DNA of 64,000 nt from positions 4,298 through 68,297 of the forward strand of contig CBDVDH010000014.1 in NCBI GenBank assembly GCA_965372715.1. Direction: 5' to 3'. The position numbers were made by a program, and so were the translations under genes. Source of the DNA: an uncultured bacterium (GTDB taxonomy: Bacteria > B130-G9). Positions within the stretch are counted from its first letter, which is position 1, and each line of letters begins with the position of its first letter. A model generated the notes under the pieces. That model did not search any database. It was not told the DNA's origin and saw nothing but the letters and a program-made list of their open reading frames with translations. This document shows, one piece after another, positions 9,508-20,006 of the stretch.

Positions 9508-10104
9508 CTATTGCGATTCTGATGCGGTATAGTCCGCGTCATATTGGGCGATGCGCTCTTTGAGAGCCATGAAGATGATATGGTTGAGCATCGCGTGGAT
9601 GTCCTCAATCTGTTGCATGTGGTCGCTCGGGACGAGGACGTGCACTTCGGCAACCTCCTTCGCCTCGCCGCCGTTCCTGCCCGAAAAGAGGATAGATGTT
9701 GCGCCTGCCTCGTTCGCCGTTTTGAACGCGTTGATCACGTTTGGCGACATCCCGGAAAAGCTGAGGCCCAGGGCCACGTCGCCCTGCTGGACAAAGTTCT
9801 TGAGCTGCTCGCCGAACGTGTTCTTGTAGTCGGTGTCGTTGGCCCAGGCCGTGATTAGCGGCGCGTTGTCGGATAGGCACAGCGCCTTGAACCGACGCTT
9901 GTTGGGCGCCACCGTGCCTTTCGCCGCATCGCACGCGATATGTGATGCAGTGGCCGCGCTTCCACCATTACCGAAAACGAAGAGGCACTTGTTGTTCTTG
10001 TATGCCTCGAAGATTATGTCGAGGACCTCCTGGATCTTCACGACGGGTATGTTGCTTATCGTCTCCTTTATCTGCTCCAGGTAGGCGTTAATGAAATCAA
10101 GCAT
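9508..10104 (-). CDS. gmhA: SIS-domain phosphoheptose isomerase (D-sedoheptulose-7-phosphate isomerase).
   Basis: FVFGNGGSAATASHIACD and the rest of the protein are GmhA/DiaA-like; the 198 aa length fits. Confidence 0.8.
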   Translation of the reverse strand: MLDFINAYLEQIKETISNIPVVKIQEVLDIIFEAYKNNKCLFVFGNGGSAATASHIACDAAKGTVAPNKRRFKALCLSDNAPLITAWANDTDYKNTFGEQLKNFVQQGDVALGLSFSGMSPNVINAFKTANEAGATSILFSGRNGGEAKEVAEVHVLVPSDHMQQIEDIHAMLNHIIFMALKERIAQYDADYTASESQ

Positions 10105-10126
10105 GGCAATCTCCCGTTTCTTACCA

Positions 10127-11668
10127 TTATCCGTAACTGTGTAGGCCGCTCAGTATGTAATTGACGCCTATGAACGTGAATAATACCGCAATGAACCCAA
10201 CAATTGAAACAGCCACGAGTGTCGCGCGGTGCTTCTTTGCCGGAAGGCAAAGCCTCAAGTGCAAGAATATGCCATAGATGAGCCAAGTGATGAGGCTCCA
10301 GCTCTCCTTGGGGTCCCAGCCCCAGTATCTTCCCCAAGCCTTGTCAGCCCATATAGCGCCCGTGATTATGCCCAGGCCAAGCAGGAAGAACCCGAGCCGC
10401 ACGAGCGTGAGATTCGCCTCGTAGAGCCTGGAACGGAGCTCCGACCGCCGATCTTCCGGGAGAACCAAAAACGCGATGCAGACGCCAAGTGCAAGATACA
10501 AGACGCCATAACTGAGCGCCGCCGCGCCCACGTGATACGTCATCCAATCGCTCTTGAGGACCGGCGGCAGCTGCGAGACCGTCTCGGACAGCGGAGATAG
10601 AAAGGTCGCGGCCAGTCCGACGCCGCACAGCGTGCCGCCAATAAAGCCGAAGGTCGGCTCCTTGAAGCGGACCTTCAGGACAAGAGCCGTGATTGCCGCC
10701 ACCGCCATCATCACCAGTATGTACTCATACGTATTGCTCGCCATCGCCTTATTCGCGATGGTCCCTCTTAATGCAAGGGCAAGGACGTGAAATGCCGCGA
10801 CCGGATACAGCGCTGCGCTCGCTGCACGCACCATTTTGGCGCCGCTCGTGACGTAGCCAAATGAGTGGATGAGCGCAATTGCCAGATACATGACAGCAAG
10901 CAGCCAGAACGGGCCGACTCGGTTGTAGTGGAACTCGAGCACGAGGCGCCATCGCGGTGGAAAGAGACCTTCATCGGTTGAGGATACAATAGCGGCCAGC
11001 CGCGACGCGGCTTCATTGTATTGCCCTACGTCCAGCGTCTCAAGGGAGCTTGTCAGCGTCTGGTAGGCATCGCGCGCGCCGTCGATCTTAAGCGACGCCT
11101 CGGCGCCCAGCGCTATCCAACCCTGGGGGCCGCCTCGCGGAAAGAGCCTCAGCTCGCTGGCCAGCGCGCGGAACTGCATCAGCCTCTTCTGGAGCATTCG
11201 CCAGGCCCTTGACTTCTTCAGGTTGGTGGAAGCGCCCATCGCAGAACCAGCACGAGCATGGAGCCTCTCCCGCAGCTGCATAGGCGAGATGTGCGTCGCC
11301 CTGACGGCTCCCTCGGCGCCAAAGAGCTCGGCAGCGATGGTTGGCTCAATCTTAACTATGGGGTTGTCGGACCACCTGTCGGGGCAAAGCGCCCAGCTCA
11401 ACACGACGAGCGTGGGCTTAAGTCCTGCGTAAGTGCGCTCGCCGAAAATGTCAGACAGCCGTTCGCGGGCAAACGAATCGAGGGGCTTGAGCCTGCCCCC
11501 ATTCTGAACCGCCAGCTTACCAAGTATCTCCGTCGATGCGCGAACGTCGCGGTCGAAACGCTCAAGCGTAGCCTCCGCCTCGCCGCTCGAAGCAAACCTG
11601 GCCCAAAATAGCGCGATTATCAGCCCCAGGAGCCCTACTATCCACACCCAACAAATGCGTCTGCTCAT
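10127..11668 (-). CDS. ccsA: Cytochrome c-type biogenesis protein CcsA/ResC (system II), long form with an N-terminal extension.
   Basis: The C-terminal WWD-type motif WGRYWGWDPKESWSL is present, the protein is polytopic, and there is a 4-nt overlap (ATGA) with the upstream resB. Confidence 0.85.
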   Translation of the reverse strand: MSRRICWVWIVGLLGLIIALFWARFASSGEAEATLERFDRDVRASTEILGKLAVQNGGRLKPLDSFARERLSDIFGERTYAGLKPTLVVLSWALCPDRWSDNPIVKIEPTIAAELFGAEGAVRATHISPMQLRERLHARAGSAMGASTNLKKSRAWRMLQKRLMQFRALASELRLFPRGGPQGWIALGAEASLKIDGARDAYQTLTSSLETLDVGQYNEAASRLAAIVSSTDEGLFPPRWRLVLEFHYNRVGPFWLLAVMYLAIALIHSFGYVTSGAKMVRAASAALYPVAAFHVLALALRGTIANKAMASNTYEYILVMMAVAAITALVLKVRFKEPTFGFIGGTLCGVGLAATFLSPLSETVSQLPPVLKSDWMTYHVGAAALSYGVLYLALGVCIAFLVLPEDRRSELRSRLYEANLTLVRLGFFLLGLGIITGAIWADKAWGRYWGWDPKESWSLITWLIYGIFLHLRLCLPAKKHRATLVAVSIVGFIAVLFTFIGVNYILSGLHSYG

Positions 11669-13407
11669 GATGCCTCAATCGTTCGTTTTCGGTTAGAGCG
11701 GAAATGAAGCAACATTCCAGCAACGAGGCAGATTGAGCCGATATAAAACGCCGGGGTCCCGGGGTCGCGGCTCACGCCTAGTATCGACACCATCGCGCCG
11801 TCCTCCGCTTCATCGTAAGCGGATTGGTACAATTTGTGGCCGCCATAGTCGAGCGGGTTGTTTGGGCTGATCGTACAGGTGAAGGCCTCGCCGCCACGTT
11901 CCGTCACGACGACGGTGCTGATGTAGGCGGAGGGCATCATGCTGCCCGGATACGTGCGCGCCTCAAACTTCTCCAGAAACACCTCGAATCCGAGCGGCAC
12001 TCTAGGCCTTCTGAGGTCTAGCGTTAGCCTGCCCTCCGGCGTGGGCAGGATGACCGCCTCACCCAGCGGAACCCATTCCCGGTGCAGGGCTTTGCCCGAC
12101 GCATCTCGGACGCTCACCCGAACACACTCGGTTGTGGTCTCTCCCGACGCTGCGCCCTCGATGACCTCGTATCTTCTCGAGGCGCTGCCCCAGAAGTTCT
12201 CGACGGTTACGTGCACGCCGTCCGTGCCAGGGACCAGAAACGTGTCGCCGACCCCGGCCCTGGCCACGAGTTCGGCGCCTCTTACGAATGCAAAGGGCTG
12301 GCCGGGCCCGGCGAGGACAACGATCCTGCCTTTGTCTCGCGAAAGCTCCCCAGCATCAACGGCCTCAATCAGGTATTCAATCGACACGCCGGGCGGCAGG
12401 GACGGCGCGTGAAACCCGCGCGACTTCCCAAACAGCCACATCGTGCTCGTCTGGTTACCGAATTGCAGCTCGACCTGTATCGCGGGGTTGTTCGGCCTGC
12501 TAGACCGAGAACTCACCTGCATATCTTGGTCCATCACGAAGTCGGGCACGTATTTCAGTATCTTGAGGTGGCCTTTTCGGCCGGCGAAACTATGCGCGAG
12601 CCCCACTTTGGCTTCATCGGGCTTGAGGCTGATGGTTTGCCTGCCCAACTTGGTTGTGATCACGAGCTGTTCCTTTGGCGGCCTCAGTAACTTGACGGCG
12701 GACGTCGCGGCAGATTCGGTCAGCTCGGACAGGAATCCTGAATACTCGTCCCCATCCGCCGCGAAGATGAACTCGAAGTCAACAGCCCCGACGCCGCCCC
12801 GCGACTCGTCGGGAATGTTGGCGAACAGCTTGATGTCGCCACTCGCGTCCTTGTTGAAGACCGAGAGCGCAATCGCCGGCTCGCTGAATCCTTCGTCAAG
12901 CGGCAGAATTCTCGGCAGGACCTCCTGCGGGTCGGGCACGTATCTTTCGGCTAGGACCGCGATTCGTCCGCCGGCGAGGCCGATCTGCCCGGTGAGATCG
13001 GACCGCTTAGATTCGCTGGTTACGAGGCCACTTATAGAAACTGAACGGCTGTCAGAGCCAAGAGTTGCCGTGAGGAAAAGCTCTTCGAGTTCAAACGAAT
13101 CGCTTGAGCGCCCCTCCCGAAAAGTGAGCGTCCCTCTTACCGCCAGGCCCCAGGTGAGGAACCCGCCCGCGATAATAATGAGCACGCCGAGGTGGATCAG
13201 GAGAAGCCCAAACCGCCCGGCGCGGGGACGCCTGCGAACGACCTGGGCCACAAGCGCGGCCGCAAGGACTGCGAAAATGCCTGCGAACCACGCCCTCCCA
13301 TAGACAAGCGCCATTGCCCGCTCATAAGGCAGGAAAGTTGCGGCGTAAATGACAACCACAATGATGATGCAGAGGAGAATAACACCCAGCCAGGCGCCGG
13401 TTCTCAT
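11665..13407 (-). CDS. ccsB: Cytochrome c biogenesis protein ResB/Ccs1 (system II).
   Basis: N-terminal TM helices, a large soluble domain and a C-terminal TM segment; located immediately upstream of and overlapping ccsA. Confidence 0.8.
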   Translation of the reverse strand: MRTGAWLGVILLCIIIVVVIYAATFLPYERAMALVYGRAWFAGIFAVLAAALVAQVVRRRPRAGRFGLLLIHLGVLIIIAGGFLTWGLAVRGTLTFREGRSSDSFELEELFLTATLGSDSRSVSISGLVTSESKRSDLTGQIGLAGGRIAVLAERYVPDPQEVLPRILPLDEGFSEPAIALSVFNKDASGDIKLFANIPDESRGGVGAVDFEFIFAADGDEYSGFLSELTESAATSAVKLLRPPKEQLVITTKLGRQTISLKPDEAKVGLAHSFAGRKGHLKILKYVPDFVMDQDMQVSSRSSRPNNPAIQVELQFGNQTSTMWLFGKSRGFHAPSLPPGVSIEYLIEAVDAGELSRDKGRIVVLAGPGQPFAFVRGAELVARAGVGDTFLVPGTDGVHVTVENFWGSASRRYEVIEGAASGETTTECVRVSVRDASGKALHREWVPLGEAVILPTPEGRLTLDLRRPRVPLGFEVFLEKFEARTYPGSMMPSAYISTVVVTERGGEAFTCTISPNNPLDYGGHKLYQSAYDEAEDGAMVSILGVSRDPGTPAFYIGSICLVAGMLLHFRSNRKRTIEAS

Positions 13408-13500
13408 ATCTCGAGTATTCCAGCGATCAGGCAGGCACGGCGACCTGGCGTTACGCTATGAAGCAATCCTTGTATAGGCTGGCTAAAGAGGCAAAAGGGA

Positions 13501-14574
13501 CTATTCCTGCACAAGCTCCCAGACAGAGTTCATCAGCATCCGACCGGGCTGGATACCGCCAAAGAACAAGGCGCGATTCGCGGTCGAATCCCAGGTCGCG
13601 GCGGCGTCCGCGAGCTGAAGCGTAACTGGCAGTTTCGTCTTAATCCGCGACCAAGTATATGTCTCAAGGTCTAGAGCCTGCACATCAGAGATCTGTTTGT
13701 CTGCCATTGTCAAGCCGCCGAAGACGATCATCCGGTGCTTCGTGGGGTCGTAAACGGAGCAATGTGCGAATCGCACTTCGACCTCGATGCCCTTGACTTC
13801 GATTTTCTTCCAATCGAACTTTGCGAGGTCGAGCGCCCAAACATCATTGAAGAGCACCTCCTTGCCAGTCTTATCCATCCCAATGCCGCCGAAAACGACG
13901 AGTGAGTGCGTCTTGGGATCATAGATTTGCGTATGCTGGTTTCGCGGGAACGGCCCCTCACCCTTGGTCTCCAGCTTCTTCCACTTAAAGTCCTTCAGAG
14001 AGAGAGCATACGCATTGCCGTAATAAACGGTTCTGTACCGCGTGTTGTCAGGGTTCACCCACGCCGAGCCGCCCATGAAGACCATCGAATCAGCCTTGGG
14101 ATCGTAGATGGGCGTCGAGCTAGCCATCTCCTTGAGCGCGTCTCCGGCCGGCGCTACCTCGCTCCATTTGTTCTCTGCAAAGCTATACGAGCTGGTCTCG
14201 ATCTCCCCTGATATCTTGTACGCCATCACGACCAGTCGGTCCCGCTTCTTGTCGTAGATGCCGACCGCCGCGACAATCTTCTTCAAATCGCCATTTGCCG
14301 GCTTTATCTTCGACCACTCTTTGGTCTTGAGGTCGAGCGACCACAGATCTCCTGGGCAGTTAAACGTCTCGAGCCTGCCCGCGCAAATAATCATCTGGTT
14401 CTTCCGAAAGAACGCCGCGGACGCGACGCGCGGCTCGGGACCTACATTCTTAGTTGTCATCTCCGAGAATCTCGCGAGCTGAGCGTCTTTCTTCCCGGCC
14501 CACGCGAAGGAAAGACCCACGACAAGACACAAAACAACGAGCAAAGCCACCTTGCGCTTCAAGGACATAATCAC
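13501..14574 (-). CDS. Secreted Kelch-type beta-propeller repeat protein.
   Basis: Signal peptide MIMSLKRKVALLVVLCLVVGLSFAWA. There are repeated blades with (V/M)VFGG...W motifs (LVVFGGIG, MIVFGGL, MVFMGG). Confidence 0.6.
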   Translation of the reverse strand: MIMSLKRKVALLVVLCLVVGLSFAWAGKKDAQLARFSEMTTKNVGPEPRVASAAFFRKNQMIICAGRLETFNCPGDLWSLDLKTKEWSKIKPANGDLKKIVAAVGIYDKKRDRLVVMAYKISGEIETSSYSFAENKWSEVAPAGDALKEMASSTPIYDPKADSMVFMGGSAWVNPDNTRYRTVYYGNAYALSLKDFKWKKLETKGEGPFPRNQHTQIYDPKTHSLVVFGGIGMDKTGKEVLFNDVWALDLAKFDWKKIEVKGIEVEVRFAHCSVYDPTKHRMIVFGGLTMADKQISDVQALDLETYTWSRIKTKLPVTLQLADAAATWDSTANRALFFGGIQPGRMLMNSVWELVQE

Positions 14575-14798
14575 ACCTCCTGAGTAAACGTTCTCAGCTA
14601 CTAATACACCTATTAGAATCTAGACCCGCCCATTATGAAAGGCCACATTGTGCGTGTCAAGGTCTGCCGCGCTAATAGCTGCACCTTGCGACAGGAGGTC
14701 GCGGCACAAGCGGAACTGCTGCGCGCGGGCCGCTCGCTCCAGTTGACAAGGCAACGCTGGTCGCCTAACTTGAGTCTCCGACTTAAGAGGGCAACTTA

Positions 14799-16370
14799 AT
14801 GCGATGGGAGTCGTTTCAGAGCGACATTATGAGAACCTTTGTCTTCAGCATCAGAAGCTTGAAAGCTGGCCGACCGGTCCTCTGGCTCCTGCCGGCCTTT
14901 GCCCTCTCGCATCTTGCGGCGTATCTGTTGGGAATCGGCTTCTGTCGCGAGCCCGTCTGGGGGGCGGTGCAGCTGGTCAGTCCTGAACTTCTGAGACATA
15001 ACCTGGCGGAGAGCCTCTTCTATTTACACAGCCAGCCACCTCTATTCAACCTGTTCTTGGGGATAGTTCTCAAGCTCGCCTCTAGGCACTCCAGATTGAT
15101 CTTTTACGCCATTTATCTAGTCTGCGGCCTGTCACTCTACTGCTCTCTCTTCCTGCTTCAGGTGAGACTGGGTGTAAAAAGGTGGCTCGCCTTTGCACTA
15201 GCCACATGGTTCATAATGAGCCCCACGTTTATCTGGCATCAGCACGACGTGAGCTATCCGATAGTATTGGCAACCGTTCTTCTGGTTTCTGCTCTCTTGT
15301 TGCATCAGTACTTGGTGAGGCATGGTCGCGCGGTCGCCTTCTGCTTTTTCTTCTGTCTCTTTCTTCTAGCAGGCATTCGATCACTCTATCATTTGTCGTA
15401 TTTCGTTCTGGTAGTTATAGCACTGCTTGCGCCACGTTGGCCCAACCGGAAGAGAATAGTGCTGGCGGCCCTCGTGCCGTTCCTCTTGATCCTGTCGATT
15501 TACGTCAAGAATTTCGTCCTATTTGGCAAGTTCACGGCGAGCTCCCTGCTGGGGATGAACGTCTCTGTCGTGGCGACCGGCAGTGTCACAACAGAAGAGC
15601 GTCAACGATTGGTGCGCGAGGGGAAATTGTCCGAGTTGTCATTGATTGCGCGATTCTCAGATCTGGAGAGGTATCCTAAGAGATTTCAAGAGCTGAAAGG
15701 GTACGAGGGTATCCCTGTTCTGACGCAGGCCAGAAAGCCGAGCGGTGCTCTCAATCTTAATCATCTGGCCTACATCGCGGTTTCAGACCAATACCTAAGA
15801 GATTCTCTTTACATAGTGAAGAATCGCCCTAAGGCCTATGTCAAAGGCCTGATAAAGTCCTGGATGCTCTACCTCTTTCCGGGTAGAATCATGATGCCGC
15901 CTCCCTCTTTCTCAGAATATGACAAGGCCCGTCTCTATTCTAATGTTTTTCAGTCATTTTTCTTCTGCAAGATACCCTACGAGTTCTCCCAGACAGGCCT
16001 TCGCCCCTTCACCTTTATCCCCTCCTACCGGTTTCATCTCTTCTTGTTTTTGGGGCTACCGCTCCTGTTCATATACGGACTGACACTGTCTCTGAGAAAG
16101 CGTTCCGTAGCAAAAGACCGCGACCCAGCGATACTGGACCGCAGTCAGAGAATCGTCGTCGCTTACTTGTGCTTGACCATAGCCTACGTAGCAATCGTGG
16201 GGAACGCACTTGAGACAGGCGAGAACATGCGCTTTAGATTCCAGACGGATCCGTTCTACGTGGTGTTGCTGGGCCTCTTCATACAGTTCTTTCTGATACC
16301 TCGTCTGGCCAGGGCACTGAATAGAATACGTCGGTCTGATGCCGCCCGAAGGCCCGAACAACTGCAATGA
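14799..16370 (+). CDS. Polytopic integral membrane protein, possibly a GT-C-fold glycosyltransferase. The start may be the internal Met at 14829.
   Basis: At least ten hydrophobic helices with loop regions rich in R/K. The function is not recognisable from the sequence. Confidence 0.45.
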   Translation: MRWESFQSDIMRTFVFSIRSLKAGRPVLWLLPAFALSHLAAYLLGIGFCREPVWGAVQLVSPELLRHNLAESLFYLHSQPPLFNLFLGIVLKLASRHSRLIFYAIYLVCGLSLYCSLFLLQVRLGVKRWLAFALATWFIMSPTFIWHQHDVSYPIVLATVLLVSALLLHQYLVRHGRAVAFCFFFCLFLLAGIRSLYHLSYFVLVVIALLAPRWPNRKRIVLAALVPFLLILSIYVKNFVLFGKFTASSLLGMNVSVVATGSVTTEERQRLVREGKLSELSLIARFSDLERYPKRFQELKGYEGIPVLTQARKPSGALNLNHLAYIAVSDQYLRDSLYIVKNRPKAYVKGLIKSWMLYLFPGRIMMPPPSFSEYDKARLYSNVFQSFFFCKIPYEFSQTGLRPFTFIPSYRFHLFLFLGLPLLFIYGLTLSLRKRSVAKDRDPAILDRSQRIVVAYLCLTIAYVAIVGNALETGENMRFRFQTDPFYVVLLGLFIQFFLIPRLARALNRIRRSDAARRPEQLQ

Positions 16371-16750
16371 TGCTCTAGCGGCTCCGTGAGCCGCGCCTAC
16401 TCAGTCTCCTTCACCTTCTCCGCTTCGGCCCTTTCAAGCCCGGCACGGAACCGCTCGCTCTGGCCCCTGCTGATTAGCGCCATTGCTAGGGCCTGAAATA
16501 TAGGTCGACGGGCCATTATGCCCTAAATCGGGTCTTCACGCACCACAACCGGACCAAATCGACCATAACCGCCGCAACCGCTCCTCGAAAAACACTCTCT
16601 TGCCTACCCGATCACCAAAAACCTCAGGAATCTCACCACTTAAACCGCTTTCGACCCCACTTCAACCATCAATCTGATTACTCGGGAGCTATGTTCTCCC
16701 TTTCTCGAATCGTATGCAGCCGATCCGAGCTTCGGTACCCGTGCTCTTAT

Positions 16751-16925
16751 GATAGGCTCCTGTATACACGTGTTATGCTCTTCAAGAGAGCACGGGCAAG
16801 GAGAAATCGGCACTAGATGGGACAGTTGGGGAATTGGGTGTAACCCGCAGATGATCAGTCGATCCCCAACACACAAACGGTAGAGGGGCGCCTAAACGGC
16901 TGCTGGATATTGGTTGGGGGGCGGC
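16751..16925. repeat. Left copy of an approximately 170-bp direct repeat (about 80% identical to 20506-20675) bounding the low-GC islet.
   Basis: Shared core aggagaaatcggcactaRatggGRcagttgKggaattgggtgtaacccgcagatgatcagYcg..ccYcaacacacaaacgg, plus similar 40 bp upstream (tgtatRcac..ttatgc). Confidence 0.75.
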
Positions 16926-17097
16926 TCTTGTGGCGCCGTGAGAGCTTCCCCGCTTCGTCGGGATGCCCAGCTCAATTGCCGCAAACGTCCGGCAGGTACT
17001 ATGCGGTGGACTCTAGTTGCATTCATGAAATGGCCACTGTAGGGCTTAATGGGGAAGTTCTTCTTTCAAAGAGATTCTCTGAGCAATGAACGGATAA

Positions 17098-17712
17098 TTG
17101 CTCCGTATTGAGAGGTTGAACAAGACTTTCGACAGCGTGAAGGCCCTGTCCGGCTTTCTATGCTCGGTAGGAGAGGGCGAGATCATATTCAACGGCCAGA
17201 AGACCAATGGCGCAAGTCCGGCGAAAAACGTCGCTCGCGGCGTCACGTTCGCGCCTCAAGGCAATCGCGTCTTCGACGAATTGACTGTGATGGAGAAACT
17301 CGAGATCGGCGGCTTTCAACTCCCGTCCAAGGAGCTAAAGGGCCGTATCGGGCAGGTGCTTGAGATGTTTCCTGCCCTGAAAGAGCGAACACGGCGAGAG
17401 GCGGGGAGGCTGAGCGGCGGCGAGCAGCAGATGCTGGCTCTGGCACGGGCATTGGTTCCGAAGCCGAAACTGCTTATGCTCGACGAGCCGTCTCTCGGCT
17501 TGGCTCCGAATCTTCTGGACGATGTGTTCGAGACGATAGGCCAAATCAACCGTGAAACAGGCGTGGCCGTTCTTATTGTAGAGCAGAAGGTGCGTGAGAT
17601 TCTGAAGGTCTGCCAGCGCGTCTATTCGCTCAAGCTCGGTAAAGTCTCTTTCTCTGGCCCGCCGGATGAGCTGCAACAGGATAAGGAGACTCTTAAGCGG
17701 CTGTTTCTATAG
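17098..17712 (+). pseudogene. LivF-like branched-chain amino acid ABC transporter ATP-binding protein with an in-frame loss of the Walker A region and a disrupted start.
   Basis: Signature LSGGEQQMLALARAL, Walker B LLMLDEPSLGLAP and the H-loop are present. The sequence jumps from SVGEGEI directly to IFNGQKT, so the GxxGxGKT P-loop (about 28 aa) is missing. The upstream ATG runs into TAA after 3 codons. No permease or partner genes are nearby. Confidence 0.6.
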
Positions 17713-17730
17713 GCCTTCGGACGGCAGCTA

Positions 17731-18009
17731 ATGGAGGTCGCCCAACTCATGCCGAATCAGCAGTGGAGGCACGCTCGGGCGACCAATCCTGTTGAATCGC
17801 CCTTCGCGGGCGTTCGGTTGCGAACTGACGCGGCGACACGCTTCAAGAAGGTCGAGAATTCGACCGCTGTCTTATGGAAGATGTTGATGATAGTCGAGAG
17901 GAGCTTCAAAGGCGTGAAGGCCCCAGAACTTATGAAACGGGCCTCTGAAGGGGTAATCTATCTCGACGGGAGAGAAAAAGAGCCTGACAAAGAGGAACTA
18001 GCTGCCTAA
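17731..18009 (+). pseudogene. C-terminal fragment of an IS256/Mutator-family transposase.
   Basis: TNPVESPFAGVRLRTDAATRFKKVENSTAVLWKMLMIVERSF matches the conserved C-terminal TN.IESlN..iRrRTrvv.rFpnee.alrL block of this family; only about 90 aa remain. Confidence 0.5.
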
Positions 18010-18124
18010 CTTGAATTTACACACTTATTGAAGGGACCTCTGATAACGATTTAGTTAAGCTAACGTTTCAAATAACCGGCGGTAACAGAACGTAGTGGAA
18101 TTGCCGTCCATGTTGATTTGATGG

Positions 18125-19360
18125 TTAGGTATTGGTTTCGTCAAACTTCTTGATTATTTCACGCGCTGTTTTTCCAACATCTATTGACCAAAAAGATCCT
18201 GAGCCACCAGATAGCTTTGTAGAAACATCTACCGTCTCATCAAACTGCGCAAATGGTTCCACAACTTCAATACAGGCCGGTGTCCCGTGTGACTCTAACG
18301 CTCTCAAACACATTGCTACGACATATTTCGCAGACCCGCCTTTTCTTTCAAAAGCTTTTGCATATCTGGGTAATGATAAGGTCTTGATCAGAATTGTTTC
18401 AATTTCTGTTCGTTCATGTGAAGAAATAGACCTTACTATATAAGCCTTAAATAGGTCATCTAAATATTCCGACCTCCTACCCGTGTTAGTCAGAGCCTTA
18501 ATCAATGATTGAAACGACACATCTTGATTACGCTGCCCTAATTCTTCTATTGCTAATTTTGCAATCTTATCACTCGGGTCATTCAGCATGTTTATTGTTA
18601 TTTCGGTGGCTTCCGCTGTTTCGTAAAACAGGAGGCCTTTAAGGGCTTGATATCTAACATTTCCGACCAAGTCATTTGAGGCGATTACAAGGGAATTAAG
18701 CAACCTTGTGTCATTAGGAGAATCTTTGGAAAATTCAGATAGGCCCCATGTTGCTATCTCTCTAATTAGATCGTCTTCTTCTACAATTGCCATTGATATC
18801 AATTCAGATAGGATTACTGTGTAACGAGCATGAATCAGAGCAAATAATGAAATAGCTCGGACAGCCTGATTTTTAGAGTAAATCGCTCCAAGAAGCTTTT
18901 GAAGAGTTGTTTTCGGAATAACATTGTTTTCAATATAATCGTAGATTGGCAACAGTATCTCAATCAAATCATAATGTACTATTTGGTTGCCATTCACTAC
19001 ATCGTCGCCAAATGGAATATACTGGTCTTCTCCTGCAAGATCTACCCATGCTGCGTCGCTTGAGGGAAGGCTTTTCAAAAGTTCAATTGATGCTGATACA
19101 ATTGCATCGCTTTTATCGGTGATAAACTCCAATGAGATAGGGACCGCCATAGCCAGATTTTTAGACTCCTGTATCGCGGATATACGCACCGACTCATCAT
19201 TGCTCAGAAGTCGGTCGCGTTTCTTCTTGTTCCGTACCCATCCAAAGTCCCCTTCGCCGGTACCAGTTATGTATTGTGGAATTTCATGTGAAACTGCATC
19301 TGGCAGAACACGCCTTAATATATTCTGCAGGCCACTATCATACTCAGCATCTGATTCCAT
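18125..19360 (-). CDS. HEAT-like (PBS-lyase type) alpha-helical repeat protein.
   Basis: Recurrent D-x-s-x-VR-x-x-A-x-x-x-L units (NDESVRISAIQESKNL, NQAVRAISLFALIHA, DDLIREIATWGLSEF, NDLVGNVRYQALKGLLFY, NDPSDKIAKLAIEELGQ). The 5' end overlaps the TIR gene by 46 nt. GC is low, about 40%. Confidence 0.65.
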   Translation of the reverse strand: MESDAEYDSGLQNILRRVLPDAVSHEIPQYITGTGEGDFGWVRNKKKRDRLLSNDESVRISAIQESKNLAMAVPISLEFITDKSDAIVSASIELLKSLPSSDAAWVDLAGEDQYIPFGDDVVNGNQIVHYDLIEILLPIYDYIENNVIPKTTLQKLLGAIYSKNQAVRAISLFALIHARYTVILSELISMAIVEEDDLIREIATWGLSEFSKDSPNDTRLLNSLVIASNDLVGNVRYQALKGLLFYETAEATEITINMLNDPSDKIAKLAIEELGQRNQDVSFQSLIKALTNTGRRSEYLDDLFKAYIVRSISSHERTEIETILIKTLSLPRYAKAFERKGGSAKYVVAMCLRALESHGTPACIEVVEPFAQFDETVDVSTKLSGGSGSFWSIDVGKTAREIIKKFDETNT

Positions 19361-19692
19361 ACGTAGCCAATAGGTATCCTGTAAAAAAGCGGTACGCGAC
19401 AGTCTTGTGCAATTATTGGCAGGACTTTGATATCTCTGGCTTTAAGCTGCTGATTCATCGCTAACTCAAGCTCCTTCTGAACCCAAGATGATTCAACAGA
19501 GGCAGGAGTTAAGACAGCAATGAGATAATGCATTTCCTCGATTGCTAATGCAATTCTCTTTAAAAGGGAGTCGCCAACCAAGAGTTCGGCTTCATCAAGC
19601 CAAACACGAACCCCACGGACAACTAGATCTCGTGCCAGTTTTCGTGCGAAAGGCTTATCTAAAGAAGTGTGGCTGATAAAGACGGACGACAT
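19315..19692 (-). CDS. Stand-alone TIR-domain protein.
   Basis: N-terminal FISHTSLDKPFARKLARDL..GVRVWLDE (betaA-alphaA of TIR). The SSWVQKELELA block carries the conserved Glu that is catalytic in TIR NADases. The protein is 125 aa and its 3' end overlaps the HEAT-repeat gene. Confidence 0.75.
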   Translation of the reverse strand: MSSVFISHTSLDKPFARKLARDLVVRGVRVWLDEAELLVGDSLLKRIALAIEEMHYLIAVLTPASVESSWVQKELELAMNQQLKARDIKVLPIIAQDCRVPLFYRIPIGYVWNQMLSMIVACRIY

Positions 19693-20006
19693 ACATTCCC
19701 CAATAACTCTACAGTTTTATCTGTGATCATTTCATACCTAAAATAATTAGATGGGCCCGCATAAGATGCAGGCTTCTTCGTTTCTGCCCCCATAAGACGC
19801 CTTTGGATATCCTGCCAATGCCGCGATAAGCCTTGCTGTTTGAGAGATTTGTTGTTTGTCCTTCCATTTAGCTCGGTGGTTTATGCGGGTCAGCATAAGA
19901 ACATCCTTCTCATAGTCCGTCGAGCTTACCCCAAAAGGTGTGGAAATTAGGTTAGGCGGTGTTTACCTTGGTTGGGAAGTAAACAACCTAACATGAAAGA
20001 AAGGAG

